A DNA stretch of 63,998 bases, the filler included, from Streblomastix strix (Eukaryota), in assembly GCA_008636045.1 (NCBI GenBank). It is 4 parts of 4 records of this genome, joined end to end, with 100 filler letters (N's around TTAATTAATTAA, not from the genome) between each part and the next. Parts side by side here need not be neighbours in the genome. Positions count along the whole stretch, not along the records: positions 1 to 16,121 come from SNRW01000871.1; positions 16,222 to 32,336 come from SNRW01000872.1; 2 more parts are not named here. The stretch is one strand, 5' to 3'. Shown here piece by piece: positions 14,776 through 29,199 of the stretch. The position numbers and the translations under genes were made by a program. The notes under the pieces were generated by a model. It had not been told where the DNA came from. It saw only the letters and a program-made list of their open reading frames with translations, and made no database searches. How positions within the stretch are numbered: position 1 is the first letter of the stretch; every line of letters begins with the position of its first letter.

Positions 14776-16121
14776 AAATTATAAGAAATATATAGAAAAT
14801 TTTATAAAAAATTAAAAATTTTATACAATTTTTTTTCATTTCGTTTATCTTTCCATGCACCTAATTTTCTAATGTAATAATTAGTAAATTAAATCAATAA
14901 TGTTGGATATATATATTTCTAAATTTAAAATTTAAATTTATAACAAAACGAGAAAAATAAATTAAATATTTTTTAATTTATAATTAATAATAAATTGGAT
15001 TATTTAAGAAATCTTAGAAATATCAAAATATAGTTGAAAACGCAAGTTTATTAATGTTATTTATATTTAATATTAAATAAATATTCGCGAAACTTTAATA
15101 AAATGATTTATAATTTCAAAATAAAAATAAGCATTATGACTCATTAGTAAAGTATAACTTTATTGATAATGAATTTTATTTAATAGTATTACTTAATAAC
15201 TACTAAATTATAATAAATTTCGATTTGAATTAATTGATTACTTCAAAATTAACCTTTATAATTTTATTTTGAGAAAAATGCATTTTCCAAGTAAAATCGA
15301 AAATAAATCTTTTTCATATTTATTGATTTAGTATTAATTTTTACTAAAATCATTTTTATTGTTGGATAGATACTATTTAAATAAATAAACTAAAAAATGC
15401 TTTATTCTAGTCGCGCTACACTAATAATTATATTACTATGTATCTATTTACATTTATACAAAATATTTGATCAATATTTCTTATATAACTAGTAGAAAGA
15501 CCCTAATTTCATCATTTAATCAAAGTTTTTCATAATTTCTTGCTGCTCTTTGCATACATTAATGAGTTTGGTATCTGATATATTTTAAATTTATATAACC
15601 ATTATTATCAATTTGTTTATTTTATTATTTTTATCAAAAATTTAGCAGCAAAACTCTAGGAAGGAAAACTTTATAAAAATCAAAAAATGCAATTTTGTGC
15701 TACTAATCATAGTTTGAAACATTCTTTTATAATTTTAATTATATTATTAATATTTTGAATCAGTAAATTTGAAAAACGGGGAAAATTACACTCGTTTGTT
15801 AAGCGTCTTTTTTTGCATCAATTAATGGCAAAAGTCATAAATAAGTATGATATTTTAATCTAAATTTAAATTTTAACTATATATTTTACTTATTTATATT
15901 AATATAGTGACATTTGAACAATTTAGAAATACAGTATTAAATAGTTTTTTGCAAAAAATGGCGATAAATTTGGAGAAAAAAGAAAAATTTACGTTTATCG
16001 TTTGTCCATTTTCTAAGTATGACATACACTTTCTACGTATGGCATGTTTATTGAATTCGTAATGAAATATATAATAATGTTTAGCAAAACATTTTTGCAT
16101 TTTATATTTCTACATAAAGTT

Positions 16122-16221
16122 NNNNNNNNNNNNNNNNNNNNNNNNNNNNNNNNNNNNNNNNNNNNTTAATTAATTAANNNNNNNNNNNNNNNNNNNNNNN
16201 NNNNNNNNNNNNNNNNNNNNN
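16122..16221. other. Artificial contig-joining spacer
   Basis: 44 N + TTAATTAATTAA + 44 N. Confidence 0.97.
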
Positions 16222-17399
16222 CTAGAAAGAGTTGCGAATTCATAAGATGGAGTTGGGAGACGATGAGGTTGGAGGTAAGTCTTCCAAGTTAGAAAAGGAA
16301 GGAAATGAAGAAGTAGATTAGAAGATGGATACTGCATTCGATAGAAGGAACTAGAAGAAGGATCAAAGAGGTGGCGTCGTTGCAGGGAGAGTTGAATTTT
16401 CTGTGATTACAGATGGTGGAAGCTTCTCGACATTGCCAATTAATCAATTAAATGGAAACAATGACATTGAAGAGAGTAGGGTGGACGGCGAGGTGCATAG
16501 TTTTAAGGAGAATTTTGGGAGACTTGGTACGGTGGAAGGAGCACTTGAAGAATTATACTACGAGATTCTTTGCCAGACACACATTGAAGTGGATATTGTC
16601 AACGGATGCATCAGAAACAGGATGAGTGGCGATGCTCGAATAATAGAAGGTGCAGGAGGATCAACTGTTTGCTTGGGGGAAATGGTCAGCGAGATGGCAT
16701 CTGAAAAGCTCAAATTAGAGGAAATTGAGTGCTATATTGATGGGAAGGAAAAGATTCAGATGGATATTAAGAGATCACAAGGCCTTTTTGATTTAGACAG
16801 ATAATATAGTAACGGAGTATGATGTGATGAGATGGAGAAGAAAAAGAGATCTATAATCATTAATATGGAAGTTGATTTTGTTAACGATGGAGCTGGAACT
16901 GACAATCTAAACAGAACACATTCAAAGAATACTGAACATGACGACGGACACATTGAGTAGGATGGAGATCAGCGGGACTACAAGTTAAATGCAGATGTTC
17001 TGAGAAAGGCTTGCATGGATTTGAAGATTTGGCCAACCATCAACGGCTTCGCGAGTCGAACAAACAAACAACGGAGAAGATACTGCAGTTAGTTATTAGA
17101 CAGAAACGCTGTAAGATAGGATTGCTTTAACATGAACTGGAGCCCGGAGTGATTTCTTCTACATCCACCTATAAAGATGATTCTGAGAACCTTATCTATG
17201 TTGGACGGAGATTGAGAAACTGCACTAGTGATAATGCCTGAATGGAGAGGATAAATCTGGAGTGATTTGTAGCACAAGTTAACAGTTAGTTCTGTAGTTC
17301 TGGAGAAAGCGGAGGAGATTCTGAATGTTGGAGAGATGATAAAGAAGAACGAGTTGAAATTACCATCAGGAAATCTGATAGCCATTAAGATGACTGGCA

Positions 17400-18381
17400 C
17401 AAGGCCGGAGAAGTTTTGTTCAGAGAGATGTTGATGAAAACAGGACTTACTGAATAATCTGAAGACATAGTCATTGGAGCAATGAATATGGAAACATGCT
17501 GGAAGAGAAGATTGGTGATACGTTTTCAGAAAGAATATATGGATGAAAAGGTAATGAATCTGGATGAAATGAAAGAAATTGGACCTATAACGATGCTGAT
17601 AAGAATGTTGACATGGAAGAATGATAAAGATGGAACGAGATGTCTCGCAGATATGTAGAAGATAAGAACTCATGTTGGTGTGGCTTTAGGAATGTTCCAT
17701 AACAGTAATGATGTAGCAAAGTCGAGTATAGTAATTGCAGCAGTGAAAGATCTAGAGCATGCATAAAGAAGTTAATCCAAATTTAGTCAAACTTGGGATT
17801 TGGATCTGCTACTATCATACATGTTTAGAGAAGAATGGAAGTAGGATAAATAAACAACGAGCTATAATATGGCGCTATTTGTGGCATTTACAGCTGCAAG
17901 GATGACAGAACTGACAAGAATGAAGAGGAAAGATTTATAGATTGATGAATAGAAGATGATAATTTAAACTAAAATTATAAAGGGGAAGAAGATTAGAGAA
18001 TATTCAATCGAATTGAGAAGATAAGGAACACCATATTGCCCTGTTAGAGCTTTAGAAACTTGGTTATATGATGGGAATGCGTTGAAAAAAGAAGGAAGTG
18101 CGATTTGGATCAATATTGAGAAGAAGAAATGACCATTATCTCCTCAAGAATGTGGATAGATTTTGAGAAATATATTAGATGAGTTTGGTATAGAAAAGAA
18201 ACATGGTAGGGTTACTATTCGACATACAATGATGACAAATTTGAGAAGAGAAGGTGCAACACAAGAAGAATTTAATACATACACTAGAAATGTACCAGAA
18301 TCGAATGTGGTAGATGTTTTCTATATTAAGTCGGTTGGGAGAGTCCTAAGCGCCTTGTTGTTGATGATGTAGATAATCTGA
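17400..18381 (+). pseudogene. Tyrosine recombinase of second DIRS element
   Basis: TWDLDLLL, VAFTAARMTEL, YCPVRALETW, TIRHTMMT, YTRNVPESNVVDVFY; stop TGA 18379-18381; internal TGAs. Confidence 0.85.
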
Positions 18382-18634
18382 GGTGTGAGTATTGAATTAA
18401 ATAAATATATGTATAATATTAACTAATAGATATATGGAAACTGTATGTATTATATGTGGAGTGTGCGTTGGTTGAGGAATGGGAGGAGTTATAAATCTTT
18501 GTGTTGATGAACACGAAGATGATGCATTTCATGGACGGTAATTGCTTCGGGGTAGCAGTAAAGGATGGGAATAGGTGAGAGATTATATAGGTAATAGGTT
18601 ATATTTTATGTGGATATTATATGTTCAATGAGAA

Positions 18635-19050
18635 TATTCAAATAAATGGTGCTGTAACTTATAGGCCTCTGGTTCAGGTAGAAAACCAGAGGCAACGAAT
18701 GGTTTTTGAACTAAACCAAGGACTAAATAAGTTACAACACCGGGTTTTATGGGAGAAACGGGGAAAGCTTTATTGGTAATTTGTTTTGTTTTGATTGATT
18801 TTTATATAACAGTTGCAATACCAAAAGTTGAAGCGCTATTCACGAGCAGGAGGAGTGCCGAATGAGTGGTTCTAGTATCCAGCAAGGTTTTTCCCCATAA
18901 GTATTTTAGAGAGAGTTTAATTTTATTTACGTTATTATTATATTTGTACATCACTTCAACCTTTTATTCTATTCAATTTTTGTGAACTGGACCCATACGG
19001 GTATTCAAATAAACGGTGCTGTAACTTATTTAGTCCTTGGTTTAGTTCAA
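18635..19050. repeat. DIRS internal complementary region and right-terminal repeat
   Basis: 18706-18741 is the reverse complement of 19015-19050 (35/36); 18635-18662 is directly repeated at 19002-19029; hairpin GCCTCTGGTT..AACCAGAGGC at 18665-18693. Confidence 0.8.
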
Positions 19051-19300
19051 GAATATCCCTTCAAATCAATTATATTGATATTATGAGCGGCATGTATTGA
19101 TATAAATATCAAATTACTTCAATACGAACAGAAGCAATAATTAATCTATTTGTTATTGTACAAACAGCGGTTATCGTTGATTTATTCCCCCGCCATTCCG
19201 ACATCGATTCAACAATTTGATAGTATTATGATAAGAATAATAATGCCAATGCACATAGGGTCTTTGTAGAAATTTTGGAGAACGATGAAGTAAATGCCGA
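19051..19300 (+). pseudogene. C-terminal remnant of another tyrosine recombinase
   Basis: YQITSIRTEAI...DLFPRHSDIDSTI*QYYDKNNN matches the box II layout of the YR at 1852-2790. Confidence 0.65.
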
Positions 19301-22300
19301 GTTACCAACCACACTCTTCGAGCACTCTACATATAAATGTTTAGAAATTTCTCGTGATAGTTGAATTAATGAAAGCTGGATAGATTATAACACTGATCCT
19401 GAACCAGATTTAGAGAATAAAGAAATAATTAAAGATTGCATATATAAAGTTGCCTTAACTAAAGAAAGTTTGTATAACAATGATTAAGTGAGAGAACAAT
19501 AATATACTGTCATAATTAGAGATGGCCAAATAGACATATCACACTCCAATGATGGCAAAATTGAGCTCAAAATTCTAGTCTTTGAATATTTTAGGAGTCA
19601 ATAAAACAAAGAAGAGCTCACATGTCTTGCGGAGGAATATTCATTCTAATCAACATTTTTTTAATAATAAAAAAAAAGTTTTTTAAATTAAGTATATTTC
19701 AGTTAATCATTATTTTGTTCATTAAATATTAATTATGTAAATGCACTTTGATGATTTGGATGTTTGATTTTTATACTCATTTAGAATAATCTATAATATG
19801 AATGAATTTTAAAAATATTAATTCGAATAATATTGGGGATGCCAAATTGCCACAGGGGGTTAAGTGGGGCAGGACAAATCAGAAATGTGGGTCAGCATAA
19901 TATTCAATATAATACAAAAATAAAAATAATTTTTTTTCTAAATTTATTTAAAAAATATGAAGAAAAAAATGTGAGTTTATCTATCTTCACTAACTACTGT
20001 TATTTAGTAGTCTAAGAAATATAAAACAGCTTTAAAGTATCATAATTTGTATAAAATTAAATAGTATATAGTAATATTGTTTTGACTTGCTGATTAAAGT
20101 GAAAATTTGTCTTGAAATTTTTTATAAAATCATATTTGGTGTATAGTCATAAATATTTTGTTTTGATTTGCAAATTAAAATTCAAGTATTACGATATGAA
20201 AAAGAATTCAATAACAATTTTGAGTGTATAATTGTGATATTGATGATTAAATGAAAAATTAAAAAAAAGCACACTTTTTAACAGAAGTAAGTTAAATATT
20301 AACAATTATATTCAAATGTGCTAGCAAATATTCATATTAATTATATAAAATATAGAGAATGGAATAATGAATATTGATATATCGTAAAACAAGTGTGGCA
20401 AGCTTTTAATTAGGAGCATCAGTATTTAATTGGGGGCGGAAATTTAATTGGGGGCAGAATTTTTTAATTGGGGGCAGCTGCCCCTTTTTATTTTTGTGAC
20501 ATTTATGGGCAATTAATCAAAAAATTAATAATTAGAAAAGATTTAAAATATTATTGAGCACATTTTATACAATTATTAAATAAAATATATTGGATTTCTT
20601 GTCTTTAAAAGAGCTTGCCCCACTTTGCCCCTAGTTAATTTATATTTTGAGCTAGAAATATATTTGATATTAATTAATATAAATATTATTGACATGCAAT
20701 TTTGCTAAATTTTATATTATGGCGGGCTTAATTGCCAGTAAAAAATAAATTTTAGGCAAATTTGTTATTTTACTGAGTGGTAAAAAATATAGTAAAATTA
20801 TTTATTTCAATTTTCTGAAGATTAATAGTATAATAAAGGAAATTTTTAATATTTTCATATATAACTCATTTATACTAATAAAATAAAAGACAAATCGTAT
20901 ATATTGTATTTATTGAGTATGATTTTATTGGAATTTTAAACATAAAAAATTATTAAAAATGGAAAAGTAATTGTAAAATAAGCCAAAGATAACGATCTTA
21001 TTAATATAAAATTAAAGCATTTATGATATATACTTATATATGTATCAGCACAAACTGAAAGAATCATTTAGTTGAGAAAGCAAGAAAATAAAATAATAAA
21101 AAATTATATAAAAAATCAGAAAGTGCTGCGTGTGTAAAATTTATACTAGTATATAATATTAATTGGTATTTCATCAGAACATAATAGGTTCAGAATAAAG
21201 ATAAATATATAAAGTGGAAGTGTTAAAAGAAATATGCAATTTTATCAAAATGAATTTCCTAACTAAAATCCCGGATGTACAGTAGAAATCATTTATTAAA
21301 TTATACATGAATGAACTTTAAATATGCAAATTAAATTAATATAGCATAAAATTTAAAGTAAAAGTATGACTTGAATGATAAAAACAAAAATTATTACGCT
21401 GAAATGTACAACTGGTAATTTGTTTGAAAAGTTGTATAAATTTATTAAATGGGAAAAAAATAATCCAAATATAAAAAATGCAAACTAATTCATACTATGA
21501 ATATATTGGAAAATGTAAATTATACATTTTGTTCGTTATAATCTGGTTGTAACTTATAGAAATAACTTTTTGTTAAAGATTTTTTGAACGTATTTCCATT
21601 TTATAGATAGACTATTAGAATTAATACATGAATTTGTAGTTTATAACAAAAATTTGTTTTCCAATGTGTTCATTAGGCCAACATGACATTGAATATTTTG
21701 AAATTTTTATTTTTTTTATAGAATTAATTGTTACCTATTGATTTGAGTAACTAGGCAATTATGATGTATTGTTAATGACGATGAATTAGCCTTTGGCAAT
21801 GCATTTTTCCCTATTGGCGAAAAAATTACCATTTGGTAAAATTACGCCAAGCTAAAATTTTTCGCCATAGTGTAAAATGCACCGCCATCTGCCAATATCC
21901 TCATAGATACACATAATTATGATCGCCCTTATAATTTATTATAATTATATTTATAATATATATTATAATCATATATATTAACTCCTATTAATAATTTTTC
22001 TATGGAAATAAATCGCTAAAAATTTAATTTTTTTAAAAAAAACTTATTATTTAATAGCCGGATCAAATTAAATTTAATTTTAAATACATGTATTATTTTT
22101 AAATTTATATGAAATAACAATTTAAACTAATAAATGTTTTTATAGTTAATTTTTGTATATTTTTTTTCTATTAATTTTTGTTTTCAATCAATTCCTATTT
22201 GGCAACTACGCCATTCAAAAAAACTACATTTTGGCAATTTTGGCAAAATTGCAGAACACTAATATAAAATTTAGGATTCAAAAATATAAATGAATTGATA

Positions 22301-22906
22301 ATAGTGGAAAAACTATTTAAGCTTAATTCTCAAACGCTGTTTTGGAATATTTATCTTGAAATTCATTTCTTATAGAGTAAGAAGAGGAAAATTATATAAT
22401 TATAACTTAAATATGCAATTTTATCTAAAATAATAAATTTATTTAATGGGTTTAGTTATATTTGCCGAGTATTTAAAGATTTATAAAATATTTTTTATAA
22501 TTTATTTTGGAGCTTTAAATTCTTTTATTGAATTCAAAAAATTTATAAATATTAAATATATATTGATTTTATTGGTTATTGGATTATATTATTGAATCAC
22601 TTTTTATTTTCAATTTTTACACAAATCTTGCCTATAATTTCATTATTCAAATTAAATTTCTTAATTTAAATTTATTGTTAATTTGAATATTTACAATATC
22701 AGAATTAATAACTCTTATTTCACCTTTATTTTGTATTTTTTTAATCTAACGTTTATTATTCTTTTTCTCATTTATCACTAATCATTTTAATATACGTACT
22801 AATATTTTAATATTAGTTGACAGTAATTTTTTTAATTAACTATTTTTTAAAACAATAAATTCAAGAATACATTAAATTTTTATTTTATTTTATTTTATTT
22901 ATTTAG

Positions 22907-24514
22907 ATGGCTTCACAAATGAATATTTACTTCAATTCATCTTCATTTATTTCAAATCCATAATAATAAACTTCCTTTGATTAACAGCCTGCCCCATTTG
23001 ATCTTCTTAAATCGCTTCAATCAATTTCAAAAAAAACAATAAAAAAGAAATTAATAAAAATTCAAGAGTTAATTACAAGTATTGAATAATTTGAACGTTG
23101 CAATGATGAATTAATAATAAATGAATAAATATGCTTCGAGCTTCTGAAATTATTAAAAATGAAAAATCCAATAGTTGAATAATAACTGATAAATATTATT
23201 TGGAAAATTGCATAAATTGGATCAAGTTATTCAGAAAGATATTAATTAAATAAATTCTTTAATTCCTTTAAAAGATCCGATTTGAATAAAAAGATTGAAG
23301 AAATTCAATTTCGAGAATTCAGATAAGATGAATAATCATCTAAAATTACCATATTTTAATAATACACAATAAAACTAACTCAAACTCTTGCTTTCATTTA
23401 CAAATTTCAGACAGTAAATAATTCAACTTTGCCATATTGCATAAGTGTGATTAATAAACTTATAGATAAATTAATTATTTAATTAAAAGATTAAAATAAA
23501 ATTAAGTGGATAATTGAATTAAATAAGCAAACTAATGGTAATGATAATATTGACAATATGTTAGAAGATAATATTTATTCATTAAAAGGATTTTCAGGAT
23601 TAGTAGAAAAGCTTGATACATCTTTGTACTTCATTGATAATTGCAAAATACATCATTTGATTGCATAATTAATTCACATTTCATGTCCATCTGAAATTAA
23701 TTGCAAAAATCATATCAATCTTCCAGAATCAGAAATAAATTTGCAACTTCTTGGAATTGCATATAAAATTCTTGGTGAAATGGGATGGAATATGACTGTA
23801 ACATAATATTTAATTGAACATCATTCTATATTTAATCATATTATTCCTCTTGTCATTCAATATGGTTAATAAGAATAATCATAGTAATTAATTAAAATAT
23901 CTTCATTTAAATCATCTTAATTAGCAAATTCTTGTCATTCAACTTTAATTGATGGAATAATACTTCTTCTATCTCGTCTAGTTTATAATAATCCGAATCT
24001 TAATTATTATACATAATCAATCAAACAACTTATATTGGCATTGATTCCACTAACTAAATATAATAAATCAATACCATAGAATATTATTGATAGTATTCAA
24101 TCAGCAAGAATCAGATATAATACTAATTAATGTTTGAGATATATTTGGACTAATGGAACATCAGATATAATGATTGATATGATAAATGAATGTAATTATA
24201 TTAAATCGCTAATTGAAGGAGCTGGAATTGGAGGTGGAAATTAAGAATAGAATAATAATGTAATAAGTTAAACAGTATCTAATATACATATCATTTTCAA
24301 TGAATTGAGATATTCAATAAAATTGTCAATTCATTCCCATCCTGAAATAATTTCAAATACTGAAGAGCAAATTGAATAATTTGGAGGAAATGAAGAAATT
24401 GATTCTCATTTATTTCACTCAAAATTATTATTAAATAATCGAGTTAAATACATTGCTTAATAAGCAAAGAATATAATGGACCACTCATATTTGAATCAAA
24501 CTCATAATGATTGA
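22907..24514 (+). CDS. Hypothetical helical/ARM-like repeat protein, ~535 aa
   Basis: ATG to TGA in frame with TAR=Gln; C-terminal GIGGGN..EEQIEQFGGNEEIDSHLF motif; an upstream exon is possible. Confidence 0.65.
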
Positions 24515-25413
24515 TATGAATAAGAATAAAGATAATGATAGCAATAGAATTTAAATGAATGGTTTGAAAATTAATATTATTTAATGATAAAAATAATTAT
24601 TAAATAAATTAAATATTCTTTTTATATATTTTTAATAGAAAATAACATCAGAGTAGCTCTCATTCTTAATCTCATATAATAATCATTCCTAAATTCACTT
24701 AAATATTAACTATAAGATTGTAATTTACTTATTACACACACATTTTTCATCTATTTTTATCTTTCACTATTTGTTATTAATTTCTGTGTTAATTTCTAGA
24801 TTCAAAGTATAGTAATAAAACAAAAGATAATTTAAAAGGTTTTAATCATTATAAATAAGCAAGCAAAGATTAAATTTGATCTTTAAAGAATGGGAGAGAA
24901 ATCAAACAAATTGCTTGCTCTAAATTTCAGCAGTTTGTAAACGTAATGTAAAACATGAATGTTGATTAATGGATTCAAAAAATATCAATATTTAACTATT
25001 CTATTGAGAGAAAAAATTAATATAAATTAAAAACTTAACGAAGTATTTTACTTAATATGCTCTGTACTAATTCTAAATTAAATCATTTCAATGAATTAAA
25101 ATTTATATATTATACATCTTACTCATTAATAAATATCAATCATATTACACAATAACTCCAAAAATTATCCATGATATAAACGCATTTTTCTTCATTCATT
25201 GAGTGTGAATCATAATGATTTATATTTATTTGAAACTGGACTTTTCTAATCAAAACAGCTTACATTTAAAATGAAATATTTCTTTAATAAGTTATTTTCA
25301 AAAAAAACTTTTCTTTACTAAAACCATTTTGTCCATTTCTGCTTACTCACACATTAATACTTCTTCATTAATTAGTTTTTTGTTCAAATTTTATTTTTTT
25401 ATTAGTTATTCCA

Positions 25414-25991
25414 ATGTCAGGCATATCGTTTGATGAGCGAGCAAAAGAAATTGTCAAAAAAGAATTACTGATGAACAGCCTTGCTAAAACCATGTAGATT
25501 GCACGAATAGAAATTCGTAATGAGTAAAATTATTACATCTGTAGAGCTTGGAGTTTTATTATATTACTTTTGTTTTATATTTTTATTTATTTCATTTATC
25601 TTTCCCTTTAAATGAAGATCCTGTTACTCCAATATAAAATCAGATTGGAACTGTTTCCGGAGGAGTTGGATATTCACTGATGGAAATAGCAGGAGAATTA
25701 TTAATAAGAACGATTTTACCTGATTATCTTGTCTCTCCTAAGATATCAACAGTCAAATTCAGGAGATGGGTACCTGGACCATTTGCATTCGTGAAATGTG
25801 TGATTCTCAAAGATTCGGAAGAGAATATGAACATTGAGAAAATGAAACATGAAAATATTGAATCAGATATATAAGTGGAAGTTGGAATGTATTCTGTGAA
25901 TGAAGTTGGTGATGATATTTAAGACACTACAGTTCTGTCTCAATTTCTGATGGAATTCTAATTTCATGTTACACCACATTTTAGATTATGA
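25414..25991 (+). CDS. Hotdog-fold thioesterase-like protein (PaaI/YiiD-C-like), copy A, 170 aa
   Basis: One intron 25553-25617; PIQNQIGTVSGGVGYSLMEIAG and STVKFRRWV resemble the hotdog helix and strand motifs. Confidence 0.65.
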
Positions 25992-26813
25992 TGTTAATTT
26001 TATTTCTTGATGAGTTGAACTTCTGTTTATTTTCATTTTAATGTTGTAATAAATTACATTACTTTCTATTAGATTGATAAGCTTAACTAAAGTGATTTGA
26101 TTGGTTATAGTATGAAAATTCCAAACTTGATTAAGTTAAATTTTGAAATAAAAAAGTTTTTGTTTAAAACGAATAATAATTTTATTAAAATTAAATAAAA
26201 TTGTTTAAAAATAAATTTTGAGTTCATTATAATTGAATGTTTCTTCACTAATAGGCAAGCAAAGATTAAATTTGATTTGAAAAGAATCGGAAATAAATCA
26301 GCCAAATAACTTGTACCTAAATTCCAACTGTTTGTGAATGCAATGTAAATCATGAATATTGATTAATGGATACGAAAATTCTTTCTTAAACCTTCCAGCT
26401 GTGAAACACAGCGAGTGCTAAATGAAAATATTACGATGCAATTTACACATTATGCTCAGTACTAATTCTAAATTAATTCATTTCAATGAATTAAAATTTA
26501 TATATATTACATCTTTCCTGATAATTGACGCCAAATTTTAAACAAATTAACACCAAAAATTATTCACAGAAAAAACGAACATTTCTTGCTTTAATAAATT
26601 TGAATAATAATGATTTATATTTATTTATATGAAATAGAACTATTCTAATCAAAACAGCTTATATTTAAAATGAAATATCTCTTTTATTTGTTATTTTCGA
26701 TAAATTTCATTTTCTCTTCAATAACCATAATGTTTATTTCTACATATATGTTTATTAATACTTTTTCAAAAAAAAAATATTTATTATTCATATTTATTTA
26801 ACTAGTAATTCCA

Positions 26814-27400
26814 ATGTCACACATATTGTTTGATGAACGAGCGAAAGAAGTTATGAAGGAAATGCTAGAAATGAACGCACTTGTTGGGGCAATGTAGATT
26901 GTACGAATGGAAATTCACGATGAATAACAATATTACATCTGCAACATTTGGAGTATATTTTTTATTTATTTATTCAACAATCAAAAATAATTTCATATTG
27001 TACAGGTCCACTTGATTAAATAACGAATTGTGATGGATAAGCATTTGGAGGAGCAGTATTCTTCCTATTAACAACTGCAGGATGGTCATTACTATCTACA
27101 ATCTTATCTAAACATCGAGTTGTCCTCCAACAAACAAGCGTCGAATATAGAAAACAAATAAGTGGACCTTTCCTACTTTCAAAATGCGTGATTGAAAAGG
27201 ATTGCGAAGAGAATTCAAAGATATCGAAGATCAACAGTGATTTTATTTGGGGAAAAGTGAATGTGTAATCTAAAGGATATTCAGTGAATTCAATTGGTGA
27301 TGATGTTGATGAAAGTTTGATTGAAGCCGAGTCTGTTGCAAATATCAAATATCATATTGACACTGTTCCTATGGATTATGTTAAAAACAAACACAATTGA
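26814..27400 (+). CDS. Hotdog-fold thioesterase-like protein (YiiD-C-like), copy B, 177 aa
   Basis: One intron 26953-27005 at the same position as copy A; SPLDQITNCDGQAFGGAVFFLLTTAGW and VVLQQTSVEYRKQI. Confidence 0.7.
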
Positions 27401-29199
27401 ATTTTCATACACACTTTCTTTTATCTTTATCATCTTTGGGTATAAATTTTTTATTGATGAAATAAATTATTTGAATTTATTATCTGATTTAATAAATAGT
27501 TTGAAATGAAATCTTTTTAATTTACTTGTTCATTAAAGTCAGATTAGAATAGAAAGCAAGATAAAGTTGATATTAATTTATGAATGATATTCTTGACTTT
27601 AAGTATTAATGCAGACTATTACTTTTCTGTTCCTATTAAATTAATATTAAAATCAATGAAAAAGTGATCCTGATAAATATTTAATTATGAAATTAATATA
27701 CAACAGTTGTTGATTTTAAATTATTAATTATTTATTAAGTTTGAATTGAATACATTAAAAGTGATATGGATTTATAAAATATTAAATAAAGTTGTAAGTA
27801 AATTAAATTCAATAAAATAAATTATTTAATTCACAAATGAACAGCTTTTCAATTTTAACACAATCAGATGTTGGTGCTATGAGTTTGTTCAATGATCAAA
27901 TTATGAAAGATTTTCCATTCTTGAATTTGTATATTTAAATTACATAAATTGGTACAAAAATATAAAATAAATAAATTTAATAATTCAATTCTATCATACA
28001 ATGATTTGAACTCCTTAAACAAAGAAGAACCACAGTTCCTTTCTCAGAATTGTATTCTGTATTGATATTCAGAATACAAAGATATATAATACTGCTGAGA
28101 GTTCTAATTTCATTAGTATCAGAAACAATATTCACATGAATAATTAAGCTTTTCAAATTTCGTTTTCAAAGATTTTATGAAATCTTGGACGATTCTTCAA
28201 CTACTATGTTTACTCGTTCACTCCAACAAATTGAATTGCTTTTGGAATGTATCTCAATTCTGAAAGAATTTTAAATAACATGATCTTACCAAACCCAAGA
28301 TATCCTGCAATAACTTTATATTCATGATGAATCGCTTTTGAATAGATTCTGATTATAAAATATTAAAAATAAATAATATAATGTTATTAAAATCAATTAT
28401 CAAATTTAATTTAATACTTATTATTATTTTTCTATCTTATAAATTTATTAAAAATAAAATACCTTAAATATTGATTCCCCATGAATTAAACGTTATTAGA
28501 GGATTACCTAGAGTTGGGTAAGAGATATTAACGAATCTTCTATCAGAGATGAAAGAAATTCAAAATGCAATTCAATTCCTGGGAGTTTGCAAGAATACTT
28601 TAAATTTGAAGAATCGTTTAAGACACATTCAAATCATAGAAGAAATATCTTTGTGCTGGTAGATTGAAATAAAATATAAACAGAAATAAAATTTGAAAAA
28701 TTATAAAAATTAATGAAAGAAGCAAAAATATTTAGAGTATAATTAAATTAATTAGCTAAGTATAGCAGAATGAGTAAGTTAATTTTTTAAAAATTAATTT
28801 ATTGAATTCAGACTATAATAACCGTAATCGTATCAAATATTAGGATAATTCTGTTATAAATAAATTCATTTAAAATAATAAATTAAAAAAGCATATATAT
28901 GAAATTGATTATCACGAATTATTGCGAATTTTAGTTTTGTAGAAGTTTTTATTGAATAATATGTTTTATATAATTCATAAAAATTATATTTATAAACTCT
29001 CTAATCTCAATCATTTAGTTACAGTGGAATTGCATATGCGACAAATTACAGAGGAGTTGAATCTGAAAATATCAGTGAAATGTTTTGTTTATTATTAGTA
29101 GATAATAATTTGCCTTTAACTCTGTTCAATTGATCCTTATTATGAAGTGAACATACTAGTGTGATTCGAATCACAGTTTTTGAAGCGAAATTTTGTTTT

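Larger units (their letters stand above)
16222..19050 (+). mobile_element. 3' part of a second DIRS-like retrotransposon (RT end, RNase H, MT, YR, ICR and terminal repeat), decayed
   Basis: LSTDASETG, SSNQRE, QTDN, NADVLR, PTINGFASRTN, LLHPPI, IMPEWRGQIW; followed by a YR and complementary terminal repeats. Confidence 0.9.
24855..27400 (+). repeat. Diverged tandem duplication, ~1400-bp unit
   Basis: 24855-25990 aligns by eye with 26255-27400, including upstream non-coding DNA; the two ATGs are exactly 1400 bp apart. Confidence 0.85.

Noticed and set aside
27830..28700. Possible minus-strand gene fragments
   Set aside because: No consistent frame or recognisable motif could be established by eye.
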